NCBI GenBank assembly: GCA_964447495.1 | Contig: CAYUTF010000024.1 | Coordinates: forward strand, 3,877 to 36,488 | Reading direction: 5' to 3' | DNA from: an uncultured archaeon | GTDB lineage: Archaea > Asgardarchaeota > Lokiarchaeia > Sigyniarchaeales > SOKP01 | DNA: 32,612 nucleotides | Shown: positions 18,017 through 27,074 of the stretch, in pieces | How positions within the stretch are numbered: position 1 is the first letter of the stretch | How the letters are laid out: every line of letters begins with the position of its first letter | Made by a program: the position numbers and the translations under genes | Notes under the pieces: generated by a model | What the model was told of the DNA's origin: nothing | Databases searched by the model: none | What the model saw: only the letters and a program-made list of their open reading frames with translations

Positions 18017-18832
18017 ATGGCTCGACCACTATGGTTTGTAAAACTGTTAAAAAAGGCCTTTCCGAACATCAAATTCATAGCAAAATTAACTAGATTCCCG
18101 CTTTTAGGAAAAATAATCGATAAGATATTATTTGAAGACGATGAAATAATATATTTACCCCAAGATAAAATTATTTTAGTAGATCAAGAGGTTGAGAATC
18201 AAGAAGATCTAGTTTTACCATCTCAGGTTTTAGAATATTTTATAAAAAAAGCGAACTATCACTGGATCATGAACTTTTGTATATGTAGGGCTTCTATGAA
18301 ATGTCAAAACTATCCCATAAATTTAGGGTGCCTTTTTTTGGGCGAAGCAGTATTAGGTATTAATCCTGAATTAGGAAGGCTTGTTTCAAAAGAAGAAGCA
18401 TTAGAGCATATTAAAAAATGTAGAGATGCGGGATTAGTCCATATGATAGGAAGAAATCGACTTGATAAGCAGTGGTTAGGAGTAAATCCAGGAAATAAAT
18501 TATTAAGTATTTGTAATTGCGATCCATGTTGTTGTCTATGGCGCGTTTCCCCAATTTTGAATCCAAAAATAGGCAGAAAAGTTCATAAAATGCATGGTGT
18601 AAAGGTTTACGTGACAGATAAATGTATTGGATGCGGAACATGCACAAAAAATATATGTTTTGTAAATGCAATTTCGTTGATCAATAATCGGGCCAAGATT
18701 AGTCAAGAATGTAGAGCTTGTGGACGATGTATCAATGTATGTCCCCAAAATGCAATCAAATTAGAAATTGATGATAAAGAATTTATTGAAAAATCAATTA
18801 AACTGATTGACCAAATCATAGATGTAACTTAG
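18017..18832 (+). CDS. 4Fe-4S dicluster ferredoxin-domain protein with an extra Cys-rich N-terminal domain
   Basis: CIGCGTC...C and CRACGRCINVCP ferredoxin motifs. Additional CICR...C......C and CNCDPCCC. Confidence 0.88.
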   Translation: MARPLWFVKLLKKAFPNIKFIAKLTRFPLLGKIIDKILFEDDEIIYLPQDKIILVDQEVENQEDLVLPSQVLEYFIKKANYHWIMNFCICRASMKCQNYPINLGCLFLGEAVLGINPELGRLVSKEEALEHIKKCRDAGLVHMIGRNRLDKQWLGVNPGNKLLSICNCDPCCCLWRVSPILNPKIGRKVHKMHGVKVYVTDKCIGCGTCTKNICFVNAISLINNRAKISQECRACGRCINVCPQNAIKLEIDDKEFIEKSIKLIDQIIDVT

Positions 18833-18866
18833 ACTTTCCTGCGAAAATAAAAAAAATATGAGCTTT

Positions 18867-19745
18867 TTATATACCATTTATTTTAGCGAATACTTTATAT
18901 AACCCGTGAGTTCCAAGATTCTCTAATCCTAATGCTTGGGCAGCTATATAAAATTGATATGCCAAGGAAAGACCAGGCAATGCTAGATTCATATTTTTCG
19001 CCTCTTTCAGGGCAATTCCCATGTCCTTGACGAAATGCTTAATAAAAAAGCCCGGATCAAAATTATTCTTAACAATTCTTGGACCTAAGTTATTTATAGA
19101 CCAACAACCAGCAGCACCCTTTCCGATTACATTTATAACCTCATCTAAATCATTTCCCGCCTTGTAAGCGTAAAGAAGTGATTCTACAACACCAATCATG
19201 GTTGATGCGATTAAGATCTGATTGCTCATCTTGGTGTGTTGACCAGCTCCAGCTTTACCCATATAAGCAATATTTTTTCCCATTAATTGAAAAAGAGGGA
19301 AAACCTTTTCATAACTTGCATTATCACCACCAACCATAATTGCTAAAGTACCTTCTTTTGCTCCTATATCACCTCCAGACACAGGGGCATCGATAGAAGA
19401 CACTCCTTTTAACTTTGCTTCTTCATATATTTTTTGAGCCAATGATGGTTCTGAAGTAGTCATATCTATGATTATCGCTCCACTTTTAACCCCTTTTAGA
19501 ATCCCAGTATCTCCAAGGTATACTTCTTCTACATCTATAGGGTATCCTACAATTGTAAAGACAATATCACTTTTTTCAGCTACTTCTTTAGGGTTTGAAC
19601 ACCAAACAGCGCCTTCATCGATTAATTCTTGAGCTTTTTGCTTAGTTCGGTTGTAAACGTAAATGGAATAGCCATCATTTAATATATGGGCACACATCGA
19701 ATTTCCCATAACCCCAGTTCCGATCCACCCAATTTTTTCTTTCAT
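18867..19745 (-). CDS. Beta-hydroxyacid dehydrogenase family (3-hydroxyisobutyrate DH / tartronate semialdehyde reductase-like)
   Basis: GWIGTGVMG, YNRT, DAPVSGGDIGA..GTL.IMVGG, catalytic GQHTKMSNQ, PGF...H..KD. Confidence 0.92.
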   Translation of the reverse strand: MKEKIGWIGTGVMGNSMCAHILNDGYSIYVYNRTKQKAQELIDEGAVWCSNPKEVAEKSDIVFTIVGYPIDVEEVYLGDTGILKGVKSGAIIIDMTTSEPSLAQKIYEEAKLKGVSSIDAPVSGGDIGAKEGTLAIMVGGDNASYEKVFPLFQLMGKNIAYMGKAGAGQHTKMSNQILIASTMIGVVESLLYAYKAGNDLDEVINVIGKGAAGCWSINNLGPRIVKNNFDPGFFIKHFVKDMGIALKEAKNMNLALPGLSLAYQFYIAAQALGLENLGTHGLYKVFAKINGI

Positions 19746-19837
19746 TTTGTATAACCTTCTCCTAAGAGTATTAATTTAAAATTATCAAGATGAGCATCTA
19801 AATTTTATGGATATAGTAAGTTTTAAGATTTAATTTA

Positions 19838-21283
19838 TTATTGGGGAAAATTTCCTCTCTTAGCATTTTCTAATTTAGTTCGATGTTTAAGCGCTGACAC
19901 TGCTTGAACTGTTTCTTTTATTGAATGAAATACAGGAATATATGCTAATTCCAATGATTCTATTATCATTTCATACTTACTTACGTAAGGAACAAAACAT
20001 ACAACTGGTTTTCTTTTGTTGGCAACAATATTTGCTATCCTTCTGCCAATTTGAAAAGAAATATTTGGAGGATATGGGAGTAAAAGGAGAATAATACATT
20101 CAATTTTCTCAACTTCAGATAAATATCGCATGATATTTTCAATATCGGTATCTAGAACTGAACCTGTTAAATCAATAGGATTGTTGAAGGAGGCGATTTC
20201 CCTTGCTACAGGATTCATCAATTCTTTCATTTCTGCTTTTTCTTTTTTTGTAAAATCCACACGATTCAATCCATAAGTTTTTAACATATCTGCAGCGATA
20301 ACGCCATGACCTCCTGATACGGACACAATAACAACATCTCCATATGTCACAACATTTTTTCCAAATGGATTTTTTTTATGAGAAAGCACATCAAATACTT
20401 TCAAGCTAGTAAGTAATTCTCTTTCAGAATGAGGTTGAATCACATAATGCTGTCTTAATGCCGCATATTGAATTTTGTAATTTCCCGCTAGACTGGCTGT
20501 GTGAGAAAGCGTAGCAACTTTACCCTCGCGAGTTATACCTCCAAAAAATGCAATTACCGTATCTTCTGATTCCTTTGCAAATTTCAAGAATTCTCTTGCC
20601 CTACCCTCTTTAAAGCCTTCCAAATAGAACGCAATATTGGAGGTTTCAGTATCTATCTTGCTAAAATACTCAAGTAGCATTACCTCATCAACAACAGCCC
20701 TATTTCCAATAGAAACTGCTGTGGATACTCCAATATTTCTTTCTTTAAATTTCACAAAGAATTGATCAACAAGTACACCTCCACTCTGGCTAATCAGTGC
20801 GACAGAACCTTTTGGAGGTCTTGTAATACGTTCAGTTGGAAGGAAAATTGTATCAACTAATGGAGGAGCATAGACTCCCAAGCAATTAGGTCCGAGTACA
20901 GCAATTTCATTTTCAAATGCAATTTTCTCCAATTTATCCTGTCTTTTCTTTCCTTTGATTCCAGTCTCAGCAAAACCACCACCGATGATCACGGCCGCAG
21001 GAATATTCAAATCGGCACAATCTTGAATATATCCTAAAGTATCATCTGGACCAACCGCGATTACCAGAAGATCCGGTATTTCAGGTAATTTGTCTAAGCG
21101 TTCATATAAAGGAATCCCCTCGATCTCACCACCAGAGGGGTAAATACCATACACTTTTACTTGCATTTCAAATTCATTTTTTAGCATCACGATCCGTCCA
21201 GGACTTAACGGATTCTTTTTTGAAATTCCTACGACCGCCATTGATTTTGGTTTGAAAAGCTTCTGTAACTCCATTTCAAACAT
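19838..21283 (-). CDS. acdA: ADP-forming acyl-CoA synthetase (acetate-CoA ligase) alpha subunit
   Basis: LFKPKSMAVVG, GGGFAE, LGPNCLG, ISQSGG, SIGN, YLEG, phospho-His SHTASLAG, SGGHG, NPIDLTG. No ATP-grasp domain. Confidence 0.88.
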   Translation of the reverse strand: MFEMELQKLFKPKSMAVVGISKKNPLSPGRIVMLKNEFEMQVKVYGIYPSGGEIEGIPLYERLDKLPEIPDLLVIAVGPDDTLGYIQDCADLNIPAAVIIGGGFAETGIKGKKRQDKLEKIAFENEIAVLGPNCLGVYAPPLVDTIFLPTERITRPPKGSVALISQSGGVLVDQFFVKFKERNIGVSTAVSIGNRAVVDEVMLLEYFSKIDTETSNIAFYLEGFKEGRAREFLKFAKESEDTVIAFFGGITREGKVATLSHTASLAGNYKIQYAALRQHYVIQPHSERELLTSLKVFDVLSHKKNPFGKNVVTYGDVVIVSVSGGHGVIAADMLKTYGLNRVDFTKKEKAEMKELMNPVAREIASFNNPIDLTGSVLDTDIENIMRYLSEVEKIECIILLLLPYPPNISFQIGRRIANIVANKRKPVVCFVPYVSKYEMIIESLELAYIPVFHSIKETVQAVSALKHRTKLENAKRGNFPQ

Positions 21284-21392
21284 TTCTCATTTGATATTCT
21301 TAATTTAGTAATGTTATACTAATTATAACTTTTGCATAACCTTTATAAAAAATATTGAGAAATACTATTATCTTTTCAAAAAAAGTGATTTT

Positions 21393-22799
21393 ATGGAAAC
21401 TAATAATAAAAAACGAGAGAAAAGCAAATTTTCGTATAAAAAAGCCGCTTCTTATGGTATCGGGCAATTATCTGATATCGCATCCTATCAAACATTTACT
21501 TTTTTAACGTTTACCTTCTACTTTGCTGTAGTTGGATTCGAAATTGGGTGGATTACACTTGGGTTTGTAATCTGGTCAATATGGAATAGTTTCAATGATA
21601 CGTTCATTGGATATTTATCCGACAGAACCCATACGAGATGGGGGCGACGCTTTCCATGGATCATGCTTTCTTTAGCTCCAATCGCAATACTGCTCGTGTT
21701 ATTATTCACTCCCCCAATTACATTCGGAGATGACGGTTATGTGTCCAATTATGCGTATTTCATAATCATCATTATTTTATTTGAGTTATTCTTTACGATG
21801 TATGATATTAATTATACATCGTTATACCCAGAAATCTTTATATCTGAAGAGGAAAGAACAAAAGGGAATAATGTAAGGCAATTATTTGCTATTTTTGGAT
21901 TAATTGCTGCGTTTATTTTACCGGGAGTTTTCATTTCAAGTTATACTAGTCCCAAACCGGGAGAGTATCCCCTTTTTGGATTGATAGTGGGAATTATTGT
22001 AATTATTCCTGGACTAATATTCCTAAAATTATCCCCGAAAGAACGAACGGAATTCAAGCATGATTATAAAACTGCACCCAATTTTTTCAATGCAATTAAA
22101 TTTTGCGTGAAAAGTAAAAGTTTCATTCGATATATCCCCGCGGAAATCGCTAACTGGTTTGTCTATGGAATGCTCCCAACAATTGTTCCTCTTTATGCTG
22201 AATTTATTCTCGGATTTACTAATCCTTTGATGATCTCTTTGTTATTAGGACTTACATTTATATCAGCAGCATTGTTTATGACGATTCTCTGGAAACCTTT
22301 AGTCCAAAGGATGGGACCTAGAAAATCTTGGTTGATTTCGATGAGTATTTGGATCATTAGTCTCGCTCCATTATTTTTCCTTGGCCCTCATATGGAAGTG
22401 GCAGCTTTTATCATATTTTTCCTGATCGGAATAGGATTATCTGGCTCCCTTTATATCATCGATATTGTTATTGCAGATATTGTAGATGAGGATGAGGTGA
22501 ATTCGGGAATTCGGAGAGAAGGAGGATATTATGGAGTTAATATCTTTTTTCAAAGATTTGCAACAGTATTCGTCTTTTTGATAATCGGTCCTGTTTTTCT
22601 TATTGCGGATTATGATAAGTTTGCACCTGTTAATATACCTGATCTCGGATTAAGGAGTCTTATGTTTATCTTTCCTGCGATAGCACTACTAATTGCCATC
22701 ATTGCGATATACTTTTACCCATTAGATGGTGAAAAACTGCGTGAAATAAAAGAGAAAAAGGGAAAATTACATCAAGAAAAAATCTCAAAAATACAATAA
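21393..22799 (+). CDS. MFS transporter, glycoside-pentoside-hexuronide (MelB/GPH) family
   Basis: SYGIG, WNSFND.FIGYLSDRTHTRWGRRFPW, ADIVDEDE..SG.RREG.YYG, about 12 hydrophobic segments. Confidence 0.92.
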   Translation: METNNKKREKSKFSYKKAASYGIGQLSDIASYQTFTFLTFTFYFAVVGFEIGWITLGFVIWSIWNSFNDTFIGYLSDRTHTRWGRRFPWIMLSLAPIAILLVLLFTPPITFGDDGYVSNYAYFIIIIILFELFFTMYDINYTSLYPEIFISEEERTKGNNVRQLFAIFGLIAAFILPGVFISSYTSPKPGEYPLFGLIVGIIVIIPGLIFLKLSPKERTEFKHDYKTAPNFFNAIKFCVKSKSFIRYIPAEIANWFVYGMLPTIVPLYAEFILGFTNPLMISLLLGLTFISAALFMTILWKPLVQRMGPRKSWLISMSIWIISLAPLFFLGPHMEVAAFIIFFLIGIGLSGSLYIIDIVIADIVDEDEVNSGIRREGGYYGVNIFFQRFATVFVFLIIGPVFLIADYDKFAPVNIPDLGLRSLMFIFPAIALLIAIIAIYFYPLDGEKLREIKEKKGKLHQEKISKIQ

Positions 22800-22803
22800 T
22801 CTA

Positions 22804-22821
22804 CATTTTTTTTCTTTATTT
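22804..22821 (+). terminator. Oligo-T tract after the MFS gene (convergent gene junction)
   Basis: CATTTTTTTTCTTTATTT immediately after TAA 22799. Confidence 0.45.
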
Positions 22822-24128
22822 TACTTTTTATTTATTTGTTTTAATTTGGAAATACCCATTTTAATTTTTGTGAGAATTATATCTAATTCCCCTTCAGTTA
22901 CGATTAAAGGGGGCATAATTATTAACGTATCCTTCTTATTCCCGCAATAGTTCAATAATACGCCTTCTTTAATGATAGAAATCATCGATAATAGGCTGTC
23001 TTCTTCTTTATAGAATTCTACGCCCCACATCAAGCCTCTTCCTCTTACCTCTTTAATTAAATCGGGATATTCTCCAGCAATCTTTTCGAGTCCATTTCTA
23101 AAAATCTTACCCATTGCTTTTACATGATCCAGAAATTTAGGAGCTGATTGAATTTCTAACATTTTTAACGCCACAACACAGCCTAATTCCGCTCCTCCAG
23201 TGGTCGAAATATGAATAAAGGGATCATCCTTAAAAACTGCTTTTTCTATAAATGGTTTATAACTACAAGTGGATAATGGATAAATTCCCGCGCTCATCCC
23301 CTTGCTTAAGACCATAAAATCAGGTACGACCTTTTCATTTGGATACATACCCCCATAGATTGCCCAGAAATGACCTGTTCTCCCAAGACCGGCCTGAACC
23401 TCATCGATGATCATCATGGCACCAGTATCATCGCAAATTTCCCTAACTTCCGAAAAATATCCTTCAGGTGCGATAAGAACCCCTGCTGTCGCCGGAATGG
23501 TCTCTAAAATAACGCATGAAGTATTCTCATCAACAGCTATTCTCATAGCATCCGTATCTCCAAATGGAACTTGTTTAAACTCTGGTAAATTCCATAAGAA
23601 GTTATCTTTAAAACCAGGATCTCCTGTAGCGAGTGCGAATCCTGTGTGTCCGTGATACCCTCCTATAGCGGAAACACAACCCTTTCTTTTGGTATAAGCT
23701 CTTGAAAATTTTATCGCACAGTCGATCGCTTCCCCTCCACTCACTCCAAACGTGGTTTTACTAATATCCCCCGGTAATACTTCTGCCATCTTTTGCCCCA
23801 GTAGTGCACGTTGCTCTGATAATAATTGGTGGTCACCAAGGTCTAATCCCTCATCCAGTGCTTCTTTAAGGGTCTGTATTATTATTGGATTACAATGTCC
23901 CAGATTAAACACACCTCCTGAAGAACGACAATTATATAGTTCAAAGGGAGGATCATTCTCTCTAGGACCTTCCAAAGACTTAAGAATTATTCCTTTTCGT
24001 TCTCCAGGAATTACACCTAACCCCGCAGCTTTAAAAAATCGGACTTTAGGTCCATTCACGTATTTAGTATATAATTTAAGTAATTCTTTCTGGGGTAAGG
24101 TGCCGATATATTTTTTCTTATTTACCAT
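22821..24128 (-). CDS. Class-III PLP-dependent aminotransferase (putrescine/acetylornithine aminotransferase-like)
   Basis: NLGH, SGGEAID.AIK, YHG, IIDEVQAGLGRTG, PDFMVLSKGMSAG (PLP Lys), VRGRGLMWG, IMPPL. Confidence 0.93.
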   Translation of the reverse strand: MVNKKKYIGTLPQKELLKLYTKYVNGPKVRFFKAAGLGVIPGERKGIILKSLEGPRENDPPFELYNCRSSGGVFNLGHCNPIIIQTLKEALDEGLDLGDHQLLSEQRALLGQKMAEVLPGDISKTTFGVSGGEAIDCAIKFSRAYTKRKGCVSAIGGYHGHTGFALATGDPGFKDNFLWNLPEFKQVPFGDTDAMRIAVDENTSCVILETIPATAGVLIAPEGYFSEVREICDDTGAMMIIDEVQAGLGRTGHFWAIYGGMYPNEKVVPDFMVLSKGMSAGIYPLSTCSYKPFIEKAVFKDDPFIHISTTGGAELGCVVALKMLEIQSAPKFLDHVKAMGKIFRNGLEKIAGEYPDLIKEVRGRGLMWGVEFYKEEDSLLSMISIIKEGVLLNYCGNKKDTLIIMPPLIVTEGELDIILTKIKMGISKLKQINKK

Positions 24129-24270
24129 AATTTTAATATTGATTTTAACGATTTATTAAAATTTTGAATTTAGCTATTTATAAGATAATTCAAATAGAAT
24201 AAAAAGAGAGTCGATATCAATAAATAATAAAAAGAAGGAATAAAAAAATGTATTTTGCTAATTTTTTTCC

Positions 24271-25170
24271 TTAAAATTCATAACCACACTTTTTACATAC
24301 ATGCTTTTTTGCGTACATGGGGATGTGGCCCACATAGCTCAATACTTTTGATTTATCTTCAGCTTGTTTTATGTTAGAGCCCACAGCTCCGCACATTGGG
24401 CAAGTGATTCGCTCTTCGCTAGCAAATCCACCCGCTCCTATATCGGGGGGTTTCAATTCTCCAAGTTCGGACTCTACTTCTTCAATATGAGTTGTTTGCG
24501 CTTCAATTAACTTTTCTTTTTCTCCTAAAGCAGAAGAGATTTCTTGAAGTTGATCATCCTTTTGAAGTAATAAGTTATTAAATTCACTGAGTTGTGCATT
24601 AAGGTCTGCTTTTTCTTGATCTGCTGCAGATAATGCTGCCTTTAATTCACTTATCTCCCCATTTAATTTTGTTATTTCGGCTCTTGATTCTTCTAGTTCT
24701 TGTACTTGACCTTCTAGGCCTACAATTTTACTTTTTGCTTCTTCCAACTCGGAAGATAAGTTCGATAATGCACCTTCAGAATTTCCTACATTATTCTCAA
24801 GTTCGCTTATTTTCGCATTAGCGCCTTCGAGATTAGATTTTAAACTCTCGATTTCGGAATTTAAACTAGAAATCATGTCATCTTTCGCGCTATTTTCACT
24901 TTTGCTATTATCTAAGACAGTTTTAGTTTCATTAAGTTCCGATTTGGTTGTATCTAATTTGCTTTTTGTGGAATCAAGATCGCCTACAGTTTTTTCTAAC
25001 TCTTGAGTTGTGGATTTTAATTTATCTTTTGTTGTGGATAATTCATTTTTAGTTTCACTTAATTGCTTCTCTAAGTCATTTACTTTTGCTCTAAGGTCCA
25101 ATAAAAAGCGCCCTTCAACAGACTGCTTCTTATCAGGTTTCTCCTCTGCCTTACTCCAGTCTATACTCAA
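24271..25170 (-). CDS. Long coiled-coil protein with C-terminal zinc ribbon
   Basis: About 215-aa heptad region, then CPMC...CKKCGYEF. TTG start preceded by AGGTGA SD at 25177-25182. Confidence 0.85.
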   Translation of the reverse strand: MSIDWSKAEEKPDKKQSVEGRFLLDLRAKVNDLEKQLSETKNELSTTKDKLKSTTQELEKTVGDLDSTKSKLDTTKSELNETKTVLDNSKSENSAKDDMISSLNSEIESLKSNLEGANAKISELENNVGNSEGALSNLSSELEEAKSKIVGLEGQVQELEESRAEITKLNGEISELKAALSAADQEKADLNAQLSEFNNLLLQKDDQLQEISSALGEKEKLIEAQTTHIEEVESELGELKPPDIGAGGFASEERITCPMCGAVGSNIKQAEDKSKVLSYVGHIPMYAKKHVCKKCGYEF

Positions 25171-25386
25171 TTTGTTTCACCTAAACAATTTTTTCTTAAT
25201 TTTTTTTATTTTATATTATATATAAGAGATCAGTTTTTTAATTGTTTCTTATATAAGAATTAAAATATTTAAATTGATGTTGGAACTAATTGTCCAAATA
25301 TTAATACAACAATTATGTAACATATATTTATTTTTCGATAATAATAATATAATAACGATAAACTAAACAGAGTGTAGCGTAAAAAT

Positions 25387-26256
25387 ATGGAAAAGGAGGA
25401 TAAAGCACAGGAATTTGAATATATTTCTACATCTGGAGTGTATAAAACCCCATTTACCTTAATAATGGTTATACAGTTTCTGGTTGGGTTTTTTATAATT
25501 ATTTTAGTTAATATATGGTATTGGAATTCTTTGTATTTCTATATATTCGGAGAGGCAATATTCCCGCTTCCAGTTATGGATAATGAAATAAGCAAGTGGA
25601 TCATCATTTTTCTGATTCCATTAAATATCTACGGAAATATTTTTCTATTCGCTTTTAGTATCATCTTGTTCTCAACTGTAGTGTATAAAATTTTAAACTA
25701 TTTATCGCCACCGAGAGAGGGTATATTTGAGCGAGGTTCTAAAGATTGGAAATATATGCACAGAAGGTTTTGGATCGCCTATTTTCCGATTTGGTTAGCA
25801 AGAGCTCTACCGATTCCATGGGCAGATATATTTGCATATCGTTTTTTTGGTACAAGGGTTGGCAAAAATGTAGTGTTATATGAAGGCTACGTAGATCCCC
25901 TTTTTGTAGAAATTGGCAATTATACTATGACCTCATTAAATATCTGTATTTTTTCCCATTTAATCTATCATGATAAAGTCTTAATACGTAAGGTGAAAAT
26001 TGGCAATGCTTGTGTCGTAGGACCGCAAACTGTGACTTCACCCGGCACCATTTTTCATGATAGGGCAATATTGGGCGCTAATAGCTATACGTGGATTGAT
26101 CAAGAATTAGAAAGTGATTTAATACATGTAGGAATTCCCGTAAGTATGAAATTACCCATTCAATCTCTTGAAGAATCTCAAAAGAAAGTTGAGAAAATTC
26201 AAAAGGGAGGTGTCGATTCTGATTTAAAGCTCGAAAAAGAGGGTGATAGCGAATAA
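25387..26256 (+). CDS. Membrane-anchored left-handed beta-helix (hexapeptide repeat) acyltransferase-like protein, paralogue 1
   Basis: Two hydrophobic helices, PREGIF, FFGTRVGKNV, VEIGNYT, VKIGNACVVGP....PGT...AILGA, GIP. Confidence 0.8.
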   Translation: MEKEDKAQEFEYISTSGVYKTPFTLIMVIQFLVGFFIIILVNIWYWNSLYFYIFGEAIFPLPVMDNEISKWIIIFLIPLNIYGNIFLFAFSIILFSTVVYKILNYLSPPREGIFERGSKDWKYMHRRFWIAYFPIWLARALPIPWADIFAYRFFGTRVGKNVVLYEGYVDPLFVEIGNYTMTSLNICIFSHLIYHDKVLIRKVKIGNACVVGPQTVTSPGTIFHDRAILGANSYTWIDQELESDLIHVGIPVSMKLPIQSLEESQKKVEKIQKGGVDSDLKLEKEGDSE

Positions 26257-27000
26257 ATGTTCCAGCCCGCGAGTTTAAAAGGTGAGTCTCCGATCCCGAT
26301 TGATGAGAGATTAAGAAATAGATTCTTAATTTTATATATTTTAATCATTATTATCAGTTTTATTCCCATATCCTTTATAGAATATATTTATATAATATTC
26401 TTATGGACACCCGGTGTTTATTTTATATTTTTCTTATTACTTCCCTTTAATATCCTAGTAATACTGCATTTCCTTCAAATTAGTGCGATCTTTACCTCGA
26501 AAATGTTCTTAATTGTAGTTAATCTGCTCCATAAACCTGTTGAGGGCATTTTCAAACGTTCTATAAAAGATAAAGATTATTACTATTGGAATTTAAGAAA
26601 TATCATAAAAAAGTGGCCATTATTTATCGCAGCTTCAAACCCATTTCCATGGTTTAAAAATCGATTTGCTCTTAGATTTTTTGGAGTGAAAATTGGGAAA
26701 AGAACTATTTGTGACAATTGTTGGATATCTTCTGAGTTTGTTGAAATCGGAGAGAATGTAATTATTGGAATGAATAGCGCTTTAATATCGTTTGGAATAG
26801 AACAGGAGAATTTTATAATTAAAAATATCCGTGTGGGGAATAATGTCATAATTGGTGCAAAATGTGTCGTTTTACCTGGAACTGAGATTCATAATGACGT
26901 TAAATTATCTGCTCATTCTTATACGCCTTATAATTCTGTTCTGGAAGAAAATAAAGTTTATTTAGGACATCCTGCGAAAGAGAAAACAAAAATAAAATAA
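26257..27000 (+). CDS. Membrane-anchored left-handed beta-helix acyltransferase-like protein, paralogue 2
   Basis: Two hydrophobic helices, PVEGIF, FFGVKIGKRT, VEIGENVIIG, VGNNVIIGAKCVVLPGT, GHPA. The ATG directly follows the TAA of paralogue 1. Confidence 0.82.
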   Translation: MFQPASLKGESPIPIDERLRNRFLILYILIIIISFIPISFIEYIYIIFLWTPGVYFIFFLLLPFNILVILHFLQISAIFTSKMFLIVVNLLHKPVEGIFKRSIKDKDYYYWNLRNIIKKWPLFIAASNPFPWFKNRFALRFFGVKIGKRTICDNCWISSEFVEIGENVIIGMNSALISFGIEQENFIIKNIRVGNNVIIGAKCVVLPGTEIHNDVKLSAHSYTPYNSVLEENKVYLGHPAKEKTKIK

Positions 27001-27074
27001 AATTGAAATAATTTATTGTAATAGTAAAAGAAGAAATCTCACAGTGTATCTATAAATAATATCTTACATTTTGT

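Noticed and set aside
24840-25080. CRISPR or DNA tandem repeat in the periodic region
   Set aside because: The periodicity is at the protein heptad level. The nucleotide repeats are degenerate and there is no repeat-spacer structure.
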